DNA from: Haliotis rufescens
Lineage: Eukaryota
Length of the DNA: 64,000 nt
Assembly (NCBI RefSeq): GCF_023055435.1
Contig: NW_025963890.1
Coordinates: 15,810,001 to 15,874,000, forward strand
Reading direction: 5' to 3'
Both the position numbers and the translations under genes were made by a program. Numbering within the stretch: the first letter of the stretch is position 1; the number at the start of each line of letters is the position of its first letter. Below the pieces are notes generated by a model, which saw only the letters and a program-made list of their open reading frames with translations, had not been told where the DNA came from and did no database searches. Below are positions 12,470 through 25,075 of this stretch, piece after piece.

Positions 12470-14554
12470 TTAAGCCATTATTTCAACTTGGCTCACAGAT
12501 CGAGATCGAGAATTTTGAGATTTCTCCTCCTGAACCTCATGCACGATCTTTTCGAACAAGTCGCAGTTGTCAGCATCTATATACTTCTTGAGTCTTAGAA
12601 AAGCGTTCAGATAGCCATTGGTGGCAGTGGTGACGTTGTCGAGCCTGGCGACAATCACACGGCCGCGACGCTGTTTGACCATGATATTGTAGGTCTCCGT
12701 GAACTCGAACATCTTGGAGGGATTGTCCACATAGCTACTAGACAGCACAATGACAGCTGCGCGGCTTCTCTGGAGCGTCTTGATAACTTCATCAGTGATC
12801 ACTGTCCCCGGGTCCATGTCCCGGAGCGGGAAGTACAGTCTGAGGTTGTGATTCTGCTCCAGTTCATTAAGCAGTTTCTTGGACCAGACTCGGTCAGACT
12901 CACTCTCTCCATCCACCGACACAAACAAATCGTACTCCGAGTCCTCATCGCTAGTTCGCTTCAGCTTTTTTGCACCCGTATGAAGAAGGTGCATCAATTC
13001 ATACCGAAACACCACAACAAGGACCACCAAAAGCACAAATATGACTGCAAATGTTCCCAACAGGGCGCTGAATATCTTAGGAAAAGGACTGCGAATCTGA
13101 CAGTTAAGTAACCTTTGGTCCGCTCGTACAAGCTGTACCGTATTGCCCGCTGGCATCAAGCAAGTGATGTCGGTGACGTTGTAGTTCCGAGGTTGGTATC
13201 TGAGCCACAGTGACATCCACGTGGAGGAACAGCTGCACACAAATGGGTTTCTGTTGATGTCTAGTTTAGAATAATGGATGTTCTGGATTTTTTTCGGTAA
13301 AAACTCAAGACGATTGTCCGATAGGCCCAGAAATGCAACCCCATTTTGCAAAAGGTCAATTGCTGAAGGTGCAATAATTTTAATATTATTTCTAGATACG
13401 TCAAGATATTTTGTTCTTTGCAAATAACCTACTGCTTCCAAGAAGGTAATGGAATTATCGCCAAAAAGCAGTTTTAAATTACCGTCGGGAACCATGGACG
13501 GTAAACGTGTCAAGTTTCTACCACGGCAGTCAACCAACATCTGTTTTTTAGCTGGCTGATCCTGACATAAACATTCTTGAGGACATTTGTCCGTGACATT
13601 ACACACAAACGCATCCAGTGGCAGACGTAGCACTTGCTTTCCTTTCAGATGAGCTGGACTGTCGCAGAGAACATTGAAGTAGTTCCTCCATATTACCATA
13701 TATAAATTTGATGACAGGTGGAGAAATTCATGAAAATTGCAATCACAGATCCACTTATTATGTCTGAAGTCAAACCCCCAATTATCAAATGTCCCACTAA
13801 TTTTCCGTTTACGAATTCCATAGATCTCCAATTCCTCTAAAACCAATGTCGTAAACAAATTGTGAGAAAAGCCTACCATACCGGGTCCATAGTGTTTGGA
13901 TTCATCCACTAACCAGTTTTCTTCGTTTGAAAAATGGGATATGTTATTGTGACTAAGGCCGAAAACACAGAATTGATGGGTAATCCTTATCGGCCAGGCC
14001 TCAGACGCTGTCAGCTCGTTGTAGTCAAGATGAACCCTCATCAATCCATGTAAGTCTTCACTGAACACTCCTGGCTCAATAGTATGTATTTTGTTATAAG
14101 CAAGGTTGATGTATCTCAACCTTTCCAAACCAACGAACACACCCGTCTCAACAGATTTAACTTCCTGGTTGACAAGTACCAGAGCTATCAAATTCTTCAG
14201 ACAGCTAAGGCTGGGAATTGTTTCGATTTTACCGGTCACCGCAAGTATACTTGCAATGTTGGGATAATCACATATATCCTCAGGGAGACGTGTGATGCAC
14301 AGGTTTGAGAAGAAGAGTCGGAATGGGGATGTTTTGTTGGTGCCGGGTGGTAGGAGAAGGGTGACGTTGTCAGGCTGACTGCAGTCGTAATTCAAGATGA
14401 GGTTCGGCAATCTGTCCTCTGTCATGTTAGTGCAACATATGTCATCTACAGAACACTGAAGGACGTCCTCCACGGTGACACTGGTTCCGACAGACACACT
14501 GATCAAGACAATCGCGATGAGGAAAACCAAACGTAGTGACAGAGAAAACAGCAT
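12470..14554 (-). CDS. Toll-like receptor copy 2 (multiple-cysteine-cluster, protostome-type), 694 aa, intronless CDS
   Basis: First ATG at 14554 gives signal peptide MLFSLSLRLVFLIAIVLISVSVG. LRRs (LRYINLAYNKI), LRRCT NKWICDC, LRRNT CPQECLC, second LRRCT NPFVCSC, TM ALLGTFAVIFVLLVVLVVVF, TIR box 1 YDLFVS and BB loop RDMDPG. The ORF track start at 14650 is a TTG. Confidence 0.95.
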   Translation of the reverse strand: MLFSLSLRLVFLIAIVLISVSVGTSVTVEDVLQCSVDDICCTNMTEDRLPNLILNYDCSQPDNVTLLLPPGTNKTSPFRLFFSNLCITRLPEDICDYPNIASILAVTGKIETIPSLSCLKNLIALVLVNQEVKSVETGVFVGLERLRYINLAYNKIHTIEPGVFSEDLHGLMRVHLDYNELTASEAWPIRITHQFCVFGLSHNNISHFSNEENWLVDESKHYGPGMVGFSHNLFTTLVLEELEIYGIRKRKISGTFDNWGFDFRHNKWICDCNFHEFLHLSSNLYMVIWRNYFNVLCDSPAHLKGKQVLRLPLDAFVCNVTDKCPQECLCQDQPAKKQMLVDCRGRNLTRLPSMVPDGNLKLLFGDNSITFLEAVGYLQRTKYLDVSRNNIKIIAPSAIDLLQNGVAFLGLSDNRLEFLPKKIQNIHYSKLDINRNPFVCSCSSTWMSLWLRYQPRNYNVTDITCLMPAGNTVQLVRADQRLLNCQIRSPFPKIFSALLGTFAVIFVLLVVLVVVFRYELMHLLHTGAKKLKRTSDEDSEYDLFVSVDGESESDRVWSKKLLNELEQNHNLRLYFPLRDMDPGTVITDEVIKTLQRSRAAVIVLSSSYVDNPSKMFEFTETYNIMVKQRRGRVIVARLDNVTTATNGYLNAFLRLKKYIDADNCDLFEKIVHEVQEEKSQNSRSRSVSQVEIMA

Positions 14555-16380
14555 TATTTGTGTCTTCCAAAATTGTCTGTTAAGAGATGGACACTCGTTT
14601 GTGTGTCTTTCAAATCTATCTGCTGAAAGACGAACACGAGTTTCTTTCAAACCTGTGTCGTCTGCTCGAAGATACTGACATTGATCAAGGCCAACTCGAC
14701 TCCAATAATACTGCCGTCTGCTAAAAGTGGCGCTGAATTAACATTCGACTCACCTCGCAAAACAAACACTCTGAATCGCCCACTTCCTGATTTTTATATT
14801 TTAACTCCACGAGTCTTTGTCAGAGCATTTCAGTGCGTATGCTCAGCGTCCATTGGCTGAGAGTAGTAATGTAGAAGTTCAAAGGTCAAAAGTCGCACCT
14901 CACTGCGCGCATAAACAGACGACAATATTTCCACCCGCAGTGAGGCAGTCTACGGTTGGCGTTCAGAAACGTGATCACAGAGTGATCATGTCATTGTGTC
15001 ACGTGTATTCTTACAACAAACCATTCAATTATAGACTATATGTATAACACCGTCCTGTTTATTGCATTCAGCAACAGTTCTACATACCTGTCAACTCTCA
15101 CGCATCTCGCGTGAGTCTCACGCATTTATCACCTATGTCACGCCCACACGCAAGGTTGGGAAATTACGGCAAGCATGGGTTGCTGAAGATCTATTCTAAC
15201 CCGGATCTTCACGGGTCCGTTATATGCTGTGAGATCAATACACAGGAACTCGTTATTGGTCAGTAAATAAAGATATAAACCATATCTACTTACAAATAGG
15301 GGGTATACATTATATTTATTGACCAATAAGAAATTCCTGTGCATCAATATGACTTGACTCGTGCAGTCATGTGGATGTAAACTGTACGAGGCGCTGTTTA
15401 ATATTTATTCCTGATTTGTTGATATCAATAATTCATTAATTGATAACACAAAATAGATTTTCGGATATCGATAAAATCTATGTATGTTTGGATACCAATA
15501 AATGAAATTGTGATATCTAAAAACTTAACTTGTGACATCAATAATTCACTTCCTGGTTCATGAAAAGAACGAATTCTTCCTTGAGGTCACACCACAGTAA
15601 GCTACCAGTCAATGACATCACAAATTCGATTACATATGATATGATAAAGTGAATTCTGGATATTTAACTAAATCGAACTTGTGATATCAATTAACCATTT
15701 TGTCATGTCACTAAATGAATTATTCAATTGATAAAATAAGTAATAAATAGTAAAACTACGCGTCATAAAACACTATGCAGCAGCTTTCAGCACTAAATTT
15801 GGTAGTGGGTCGTTTACATTATTATGTTAACATTTACAATGTTAAAAACTTCAAGATAAGTACTACGAAGTTTGTAAAGGTTTTTTATGGCAATTGAAGT
15901 GTAAAGGTTTCACTGCCATGTAGAGCTGGCCACTTAATATATACTTTTTAATGCTGCAACGTGATTTAACCGATCACTTCGTCAAATATTGATAATTGAA
16001 AAAACAAATCTAGTTATCCTTATTCATTCGAGTATGGTCCTGTTTCGCGTACACAAGATCGATCGAGATTCCAAGCGTGGAAGGCTAACTTAGATTCAAG
16101 CAGTGGATGCGTGGTTGTTGTTTGGATGGGTTATAGGGAGGGTGTGGATGGCTTCTATCATGGGACGTAACTGAGTCGTCAGGAATGACATTAATTTCGT
16201 AGTTTGTCTGGTTTTCTGTCGAACATGTCAAGGACTAGTCTAGGATCCACAACACGGTAGTTCCAATCGTATTCAGTATACTTCAATGTTTGAAGTTGCC
16301 TACAGGGTCGCGCTTTAGAAAGAAAACTAGTGCTTTCAAATACTTTTTTTCTCTGCGGTGATGTGATCATTAAATACATA

Positions 16381-17225
16381 TTATCCTTGACACACTATTA
16401 AAGTGTTTGTTGCACACCATCGGTTATCATTGACACAATATGAACGTCTAGGTTGCATCGTGGGTTATCCTTGACACATTATGAAAGTCTAGGTTGCACC
16501 GTGGGTTATCTTTGACACATAATAAACGTCTAGGTTGCACCGTGGGTTATCCTTGACACATTATGAACGTCTAGGTTGCAGCGTGGTTTATCCTTGACAC
16601 ATAATAAACGTCTAGGTTGCAGCGTGGGTTATCTTTGACACATTATGAACGTCTAGGTTGCACCGTGGGTTATCCTTGACACATAATAAACGTCAAGGTT
16701 GCACCGTGGGTTATCTTTGACACATTATGAAAGTCTAGGTTGCACCGTGGGTTATCTTTGACACACTATGAACGTCTAGGTTGCAGCGTGGGTTATCCTT
16801 GACACATTATGAACGTCTAGGTTGCACCGTGGGTTATCCTTGACACATAATAAACGTCTAGGTTGCAGCGTGGGTTATCCTTGACACATTATGAACGTCT
16901 AGGTTGCGCCGTGGGTTATCCTAGACACACCATGAGAGTCTATGTTGCACCGTGGGTTATCCTTGACACATAATAAACGTCTAGGTTGCAGCGTGGGTTA
17001 TCCTTGACACACCATGCGAGTCTATGTTGCACCGTGGGTTATACTTGACACATTATGAACGTCTAGGCTGCGCCGTGGGTTATCTTTGACACATTATGAA
17101 CGTCTAGGCTGCACCGTGGGTTATCTTTGACACAATATGAACGTCTGGGTTGCGCTGTGGGTTATACTTGACACACTTTGAACGTCTAGGCTGCACCTTA
17201 AGTTATCCTTGACATACTATGACAT
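16381..17225. repeat. 41-bp minisatellite, ~20 units
   Basis: One unit shorter than the first array, from flanking-marker spacing (1083 vs 1125). Confidence 0.95.
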
Positions 17226-20039
17226 ACTATGGGTTGCTGAAGACCTATCCTCCCCGTATCTTCACGGGACTGATACCAGTGATCTATCTCTGAACAAATG
17301 TTGCACAAGAATACAGTTGCTGTCAGTTGATCTGTCCATGATAATTATCGCATAAAAAGTTTCTTTTAGCCGTGAGCATTTCTGTTATTTGTAACCTCAA
17401 TCAGTTCTCAAGAGACACGGAAGACAGACACACATTTGTTAAATCAGCATACTGTGGCAGTTTAAGTCCAGAGAGACGTCCTGAGGCAGGTTATGAATTT
17501 TTTAATGTTCCTAGCAGATAATTCCCATATGCCGTATAACACGGCCGGGATCCAACCATCGACCTCAGGCTCTGTACTGTGGGACGGATGCCCTCCAGAC
17601 GCAGATTGAAGCCGTTGACCATCTTGGTAAATGTATAACGATCCACGCAATGACAATGATTAATGTTATGAATACTGTTTTGCCTTAAAATACTTACTAC
17701 AGTTGTTTATGAAAATAAATGCGACGAACCCCTAAGTTTCCATATTCATAAGAAATCTCTGTAAAAAAAAGAGTCGATTGTTCAATTCCGACTATATCCC
17801 GAGCATGTGTTTATGAATCACAGAGCCACGGCCACGCAATGACAATGATTAATGTTATGAATACTGTTTTGACTTTAAATAATAGCAATCATCATAGTCA
17901 ACGGTCACTGCACAATAGACCGTGGCCGGAGAGTGGAAAGTCGGTGCTTCCATCCCCGGCCGCGTTATACCACTAAAGAAAATACAAAAGATGTGCTTGT
18001 TGTTACCCTGCCTGGAGCTTGGCATTCAGGGGATAAAACAAGAACTGGACGACTTAAGGTGCGGCATGATATCTTAGAGGTAAAGAACTATAAAACAACA
18101 ACATATCTGTGATGTTCATAAGCGAGGACTCGCTCTAAACGTTATTCGTGAACACTCCAATGTTCGTATCTACTGAAGGAAGCGACCTGTGAAGATCCGG
18201 GGTCTTCAGCAACCCATGCTTGCCGTAAAAGGTGACTATGCTTGTCGTAAAAGGCGACTAACGGGATCGGATGGCCAGGCTCGCTGACTTGGTTGATGTA
18301 TGTTATCGTATCCCAATTGCGTGGATCGATGCTCGTGATGTCAATCACTGGACTGTCTGGTCCAGACTCGATTATTAACAGACCGACGTCATGTAGCTGG
18401 AATATTGCTGAATGCGGCGTAAACGACAAATAAACCAACCACCTAAAGGAAGCATATATATCTCTCCAGCAACGTCGAAAGAACATAGTCATAGTAAGCT
18501 CTGACTGATAAATAAAACTGAAGGAAAATCCCAGTGAGATCCAGTAACATGGAGATAGTCGTAACAAGGAAGTGTCGGATCCGTCATCCGCGGAGACCTC
18601 AACCCTCATTATCCCCAACCCCTGACCCACTTCCCCGTCTGACGTAAACAAACATGCAATGAAACACCCGCAGCGATATTGGCTCTATTTCATGTGCTTG
18701 ATGACTGTTGACAATGCATCGTTGTTTGGGGTCACTTTGACCTACACGACTGTTATATGTACAAGCCTCAAGTAGGCTTCATCTTGGGATTGCCGAGGTC
18801 ACAGTGACACTCATTCGCAACTAGAAGGCGAACAACAGGTACAGGTACATAACAGCATTGGGCAGTGGTGTTAATAGGGGTTTAACGTCGCATACAAGAT
18901 AATTGTACTTGTATAGCGACGTGCATGCAGGCGTATGTGGCTGCTTGTACTAGTCCGGTCTAATGCTGGTTTAATAGTTCTTGACCACTGAGATACCATG
19001 CCGTAGTTTAAGTCAACCAATCCTTGTTTTAGCCCCCTTAATGCAAGCTTTCGGCAGGGTAACAACAGGATCCATTTTGAAGTTTTTTGGTATACCGCGC
19101 CCGGGGATCGAAGCACCGACTTTCCTCTCTCGGGCCAGACCACGGGGGCGGTCTATTGAACAGTGGCCATGTGTGTATGTATGTGTGTGCATGTTTGTGT
19201 ACATGTGTGTGTGCATTAGTGTGTGTGCCATTGCGTGCGTGCCTGACTATATGCCGGTTACATAGTGCTAGCCGCCCACTAAAGTGACAGTAAAATCTCT
19301 CATTGGTTATACACATAATCTGACAAGGAGTACATACCTTTAAAACAGAATATACAGAATACTGAGTACAAAGATGAAATTATTATGGCAAGAAATGGGA
19401 ACAACATTACTATTCAAAGCCCGACAGGGTATAATTAATAGCCGCTTAACGCCAAGCAGTGTCCCTACATGTATGTATAACAATTAAAACAGTTATTGAA
19501 GCCTAAAATCAATAACATTGAAGCTTCATCCCAATGACCTGTAAGTATTGAAGCTCTAGGCCAATAATATTGAAGCTTCATCACAATGACCTGTAAGAAC
19601 TGAAGCTTTAGGCCAATAATATTGAATCTTCATCACGATTACCTGTAAGTACTGAAGCCTTAGGCCAATAATATTGAATCCTCATAACGATGACCTGTAA
19701 GTATTGAAGCCTGGATCATACAAAGGCGTCGGTTCGATGGCAGCCAAGAAACCAGTCAGAAGTCACAGGTCAATATCTTAATCGTCTCTTGCGAGGAACA
19801 TGGATATTTGGGCTTATTCTGCTCTGGAATCTTCGCTGATTCACGGAATGGACTTAAGAATGTATATTTTACGTATAGTATGTATTTGACGAAACACAAA
19901 TGGCACATAGTTCTTAGAAACATGATGTAGTTTATTGGTTGAGTGCAACTGAACCATTACCTACATCAATAGGAATCACTATAACCGGCATTGATGTATT
20001 GATGAAACTCAAGTTTGTATCACAAGACAGGCACTACTT

Positions 20040-22124
20040 TTAAGCCATTATTTCAACTTGGCTCACAGATCGAGATCGAGAATTTTGAGATTTCTCCTCC
20101 TGAACCTCATGCACGATCTTTTCGAACAAGTCGCAGTTGTCAGCATCTATATACTTCTTGAGTCTTAGAAAAGCGTTCAGATAGCCATTGGTGGCAGTGG
20201 TGACGTTGTCGAGCCTGGCGACAATCACACGGCCGCGACGCTGTTTGACCATGATATTGTAGGTCTCCGTGAACTCGAACATCTTGGAGGGATTGTCCAC
20301 ATAGCTACTAGATAGCACAATGACAGCTGCGCGGCTTCTCTGGAGCGTCTTGATAACTTTATCAGTGATCACTGTCCCCGGGTCCATGTCCCGGAGCGGG
20401 AAGTACAGTCTGAGGTTGTGATTCTGCTCCAGTCCATTAAGCAGTTTCTTGGACCAGACTCGGTCAGACTCACTCTCTCCATCCACCGACACAAACAAAT
20501 CGTACTCCGAGTCCTCATCGCTAGTTCGCTTCAGCTTTTTTGCACCCGTATGAAGAAGGTGCATCAATTCATACCGAAACACCACAACAAGGGCCACCAA
20601 AAGCACAAATATGACTGCAAATGTTCCCAACAGGGCGCTGAATATCTTAGGAAAAGGACTGCGAATCTGACAGTTAAGTAACCTTTGGTCCGCTCGTACA
20701 AGCTGTACCGTATTGCCCGCTGGCATCAAGCAAGTGATGTCGGTGACGTTGTAGTTCCGAGGTTGGTATCTGAGCCACAGTGACATCCACGTGGAGGAAC
20801 AGCTGCACACAAATGGGTTTCTGTTGATGTCTAGTTTAGAATAATGGATGTTCTGGATTTTTTTCGGTAAAAACTCAAGACGATTGTCCGATAGGCCCAG
20901 AAATGCAACCCCATTTTGCAAAAGGTCAATTGCTGAAGGTGCAATAATTTTAATATTATTTCTAGATACGTCAAGATATTTTGTTCTTTGCAAATAACCT
21001 ACTGCTTCCAAGAAGGTTATGGAATTATCGCCAAAAAGCAGTTTTAAATTACCGTCGGGAACCATGGACGGTAAACGTGTCAAGTTTCTACCACGGCAGT
21101 CAACCAACATCTGTTTTTTTGCTGGCTGATCCTGACATAAACATTCTTGAGGACATTTGTCCGTGACATTACACACAAACGCATCCAGTGGCAGACGTAG
21201 CACTTGCTTTCCTTTCAGATGAGCTGGACTGTCGCAGAGAACATTTAAGTAGTTCCTCCATATTACCGTATATAAATTCGATGACAGGTGGAGAAATTCA
21301 TGAAAATTGCAATCACAGATCCACTTATTATGTCTGAAGTCAAACTCCCAATTATCAAATGTCCCACTAATTTTCCGTTTACGAATTCCATAGATCTCCA
21401 ATTCCTCTAAAACCCATGTCGTAAACAAATTGTGAGAAAAGCCTACCATACCGGGTCCATAGTGTTTGGATTCATCCACTAACCAGTTTTCTTCGTTTGA
21501 AAAGTGGGATATGTTATTGTGACTAAGGCCGAAAACACAGAATTCATGGGTAATCCTTATCGGCCAGGCCTCAGACGCTGTCAGCTCGTTGTAGTCAAGA
21601 TGAACCCTCATCAATCCATGTAAGTCTTCACTGAACACTCCTGGCTCAATAGTATGTATTTTGTTATAAGCAAGGTCGATGTATCTCAACCTTTCCAAAC
21701 CAACGAACACACCCGTCTCAACAGATTTAACTTCCTGGTTGACAAGTACCAGAGCTATCAAATTCTTCAGACAGCTAAGGCTGGGAATTGTTTCGATTTT
21801 ACCGGTCACCGCACGTATGCTTGCAATGTTGGGATAATCACATATATCCTCAGGGAGACGTGTGATGCACAGGTTTGAGAAGAAGAGTCGGAATGGGGAT
21901 GTTTTGTTGGTGCCGGGTGGTAGGAGAAGGGTGACGTTGTCAGGCTGACTGCAGTCGTAATTCAAGATGAGGTTCGGCAATCTGTCCTCTGTCATGTTAG
22001 TGCAACATATGTCATCTACAGAACACTGAAGGACGTCCTCCACGGTGACACTGGTTCCGACAGACACACTGATCAAGACAATCGCGATGAGGAAAACCAA
22101 ACGTAGTGACAGAGAAAACAGCAT
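20040..22124 (-). CDS. Toll-like receptor copy 3, 694 aa
   Basis: Same SP-LRR-TM-TIR architecture, intact ORF. Private residues IDLAY, WEFDF, LNGL, TDKV. Confidence 0.95.
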   Translation of the reverse strand: MLFSLSLRLVFLIAIVLISVSVGTSVTVEDVLQCSVDDICCTNMTEDRLPNLILNYDCSQPDNVTLLLPPGTNKTSPFRLFFSNLCITRLPEDICDYPNIASIRAVTGKIETIPSLSCLKNLIALVLVNQEVKSVETGVFVGLERLRYIDLAYNKIHTIEPGVFSEDLHGLMRVHLDYNELTASEAWPIRITHEFCVFGLSHNNISHFSNEENWLVDESKHYGPGMVGFSHNLFTTWVLEELEIYGIRKRKISGTFDNWEFDFRHNKWICDCNFHEFLHLSSNLYTVIWRNYLNVLCDSPAHLKGKQVLRLPLDAFVCNVTDKCPQECLCQDQPAKKQMLVDCRGRNLTRLPSMVPDGNLKLLFGDNSITFLEAVGYLQRTKYLDVSRNNIKIIAPSAIDLLQNGVAFLGLSDNRLEFLPKKIQNIHYSKLDINRNPFVCSCSSTWMSLWLRYQPRNYNVTDITCLMPAGNTVQLVRADQRLLNCQIRSPFPKIFSALLGTFAVIFVLLVALVVVFRYELMHLLHTGAKKLKRTSDEDSEYDLFVSVDGESESDRVWSKKLLNGLEQNHNLRLYFPLRDMDPGTVITDKVIKTLQRSRAAVIVLSSSYVDNPSKMFEFTETYNIMVKQRRGRVIVARLDNVTTATNGYLNAFLRLKKYIDADNCDLFEKIVHEVQEEKSQNSRSRSVSQVEIMA

Positions 22125-23944
22125 TATTTGTGTCTTCCAAAATTGTCTGTTAAGAGATGGACACTCGTTTGTGTGTCTTTCAAATCTATCTGCTGAAAGA
22201 CGAACACGAGTTTCTTTCAAACCTGTGTCGTCTGCTCGAAGATACTGACATTGATCAAGGCCAACTCGACTCCAATAATACTGCCGTCTGCTAAAAGTGG
22301 CGCTGAATTAACATTCGACTCACCTCGCAAAACAAACACTCTGAATCGCCCACTTCCTGATTTTTATATTTTAACTCCACGAGTCTTTGTCAGAGCATTT
22401 CAGTGCGTATGCTCAGCGTCCATTGGCTGAGAGTAGTAATGTAGAAGTTCAAAGGTCAAAAGTCGCACCTCACTGCGCACATAAACAGACGACAATATTT
22501 CCACCCGCAGTGAGGCAGTCTACGGTTGGCGTTCAGAAACGTGATCACAGAGTGATCATGTCATTGTGTCACGTGTATTCTTACAACAAACCATTCAATT
22601 ATAGACTATATGTATAACACCGTCCTGTTTATTGCATTCAGCAACAGTTCTACATACCTGTCAACTCTCACGCATCTCGCGTGAGTCTCACGCATTTATC
22701 ACCTATGTCACGCCCACACGCAAGGTTGGGAAATTACGGCAAGCATGGGTTGCTGAAGATCTATTCTAACCCGGATCTTCACGGGTCCGTTATATGCTGT
22801 GAGATCAATACACAGGAACTCGTTATTGGTCAGTAAATAAAGATATAAACCATATCTACTTACAAATAGGGGGTATACATTATATTTATTGACCAATAAC
22901 AAATTCCTGTGCATCAATATGACTTGACTCGTGCAGTCATGTGGATGTAAACTGTACGAGGCGCTGTTTAATATTTATTCCTGATTTGTTGATATCAATA
23001 ATTCATTAATTGATAACACAAAATAGATTTTCGGATATCGATAAAATCTATGTATGTTTGGATACCAATAAATGAAATTGTGATATCTAAAAACTTAACT
23101 TGTGACATCAATAATTCACTTCCTGGTTCATGAAAAGAACGAATTCTTCCTTGAGGTCACACCACAGTAAGCTACCAGTCAATGACATCACAAATTCGAT
23201 TACATATGATATCATAAAGTGAATTCTGGATATTTAACTAAATCGAACTTGTGATATCAATTAACCATTTTGTCATGTCACTAAATGAATTATTCAATTG
23301 ATAAAATAAGTAATAAATAGTAAAACTACGCGTCATAAAACACTATGCAGCAGCTTTTAGGGCTAAATTTGGTAGTGGGTCGTTTACATATGTTAACATT
23401 TACAATGTTAAAAATTTCAAGATAAGTACTACGAAGTTTGTAAAGGTTTTTTATGGCAATTGAAGTGTAAAGGGTTCACTACCATGTAGAGCTGGCTACT
23501 TAATATATACTTTTTAATGCTGCAACGTGATTTAACCGATCACTTCGTCAAATATTGATAATTGAAAAAACAAATCTAGTTATCCTTATTCATTCGAGTA
23601 TGGTCCTGTTTCGCGTACACAAGATCGAACGAGATTCCAAGCGTGGAAGGCTAACTTAGAGTCAAGCAGTGGAGGGTGGTTGTTGTTTGGATGGGTTATG
23701 GGGAGGATGTGGATGACTTCTATCATGGGACGTAACTGAGTCGTCAGGAATGACATTAATTTCGTTTTTGTCTGGTTTTCTGTCGAACATGTCAAGGACT
23801 AGTCTAGGATCCACAACACGGTTGTTCCAATCGTATTCAGTATACTTCAATGTTTGAAGTTGCCTACAGGGTCGCGCTTTAGAAAGAAAACTAGTGCTTT
23901 CAAATACTTTTTTTCTCTGCGGTGATGTGATCATTAAATACATA

Positions 23945-25075
23945 TTATCCTTGACACACTATTAAAGTGTTTGTTGCACACCATCGGTTATCATTGACAC
24001 AATATGAACGTCTAGGTTGCATCGTGGCTTATCCTTGACTCATTATGAAAGTCTAGGTTGCACCGTGGGTTATCTTTGACACATAATAAACGTCTAGGTT
24101 GCAGCGTGGGTTATCCTTGACACATTATGAACGTCTAGGTTGCACCGTGGGTTATCCTTGACACATAATAAACGTCTAGGTTGCAGCGTGGGTTATCTTT
24201 GACACATTATGAACGTCTAGGTTGCACCGTTGGTTATCCTTGACACATAATAAACGTCAAGGTTGCACCGTGGGTTATCTTTGACACATTATGAAAGTCT
24301 AGGTTGCACCGTGGGTTATCTTTGACACACTATGAACGTCTAGGTTGCACCGTGGGTTATCTTTGACACACTATGAACGTCTAGGTTGCAGCGTGGGTTA
24401 TCCTTGACACATTATGAACGTCTAGGTTGCAGCGTGGGTTATCCTTGACACATTATGAACGTCTAGGTTGCAGCGTGGGTTATCCTTGACACATTATGAA
24501 CGTCTAGGTTGCAGCGTGGGTTATCCTTGACACATTATGAACGTCTAGGTTGCGCCGTGGGTTATCCTAGACACACCATGAGAGTCTATGTTGCACCGTG
24601 GGTTATCCTTGACACATAATAAACGTCTAGGTTGCAGCGTGGGTTATCCTTGACACATTATGAACGTCTAGGTTGCAGCGTGGGTTATCCTTGACACATT
24701 ATGAACGTCTAGGTTGCAGCGTGGGTTATCCTTGACACATTATGAACGTCTAGGTTGCGCCGTGGGTTATCCTAGACACACCATGAGAGTCTATGTTGCA
24801 CCGTGGGTTATCCTTGACACATAATAAACGTCTAGGTTGCAGCGTGGGTTATCCTTGACACACCATGCGAGTCTATGTTGCACCGTGGGTTATACTTGAC
24901 ACATTATGAACGTCTAGGCTGCACCGTGGGTTATCTTTGACACATTATGAACGTCTAGGCTGCACCGTGGGTTATCTTTGACACAATATGAACGTCTAGG
25001 TTGCGCTGTGGGTTATCATTGACACACTTTGAACGTCTAGGCTGCACCTTAAGTTATCCTTGACATACTATGACA
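23945..25075. repeat. 41-bp minisatellite, ~27 units
   Basis: 246 bp (6 x 41) longer than the first array. Confidence 0.95.
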
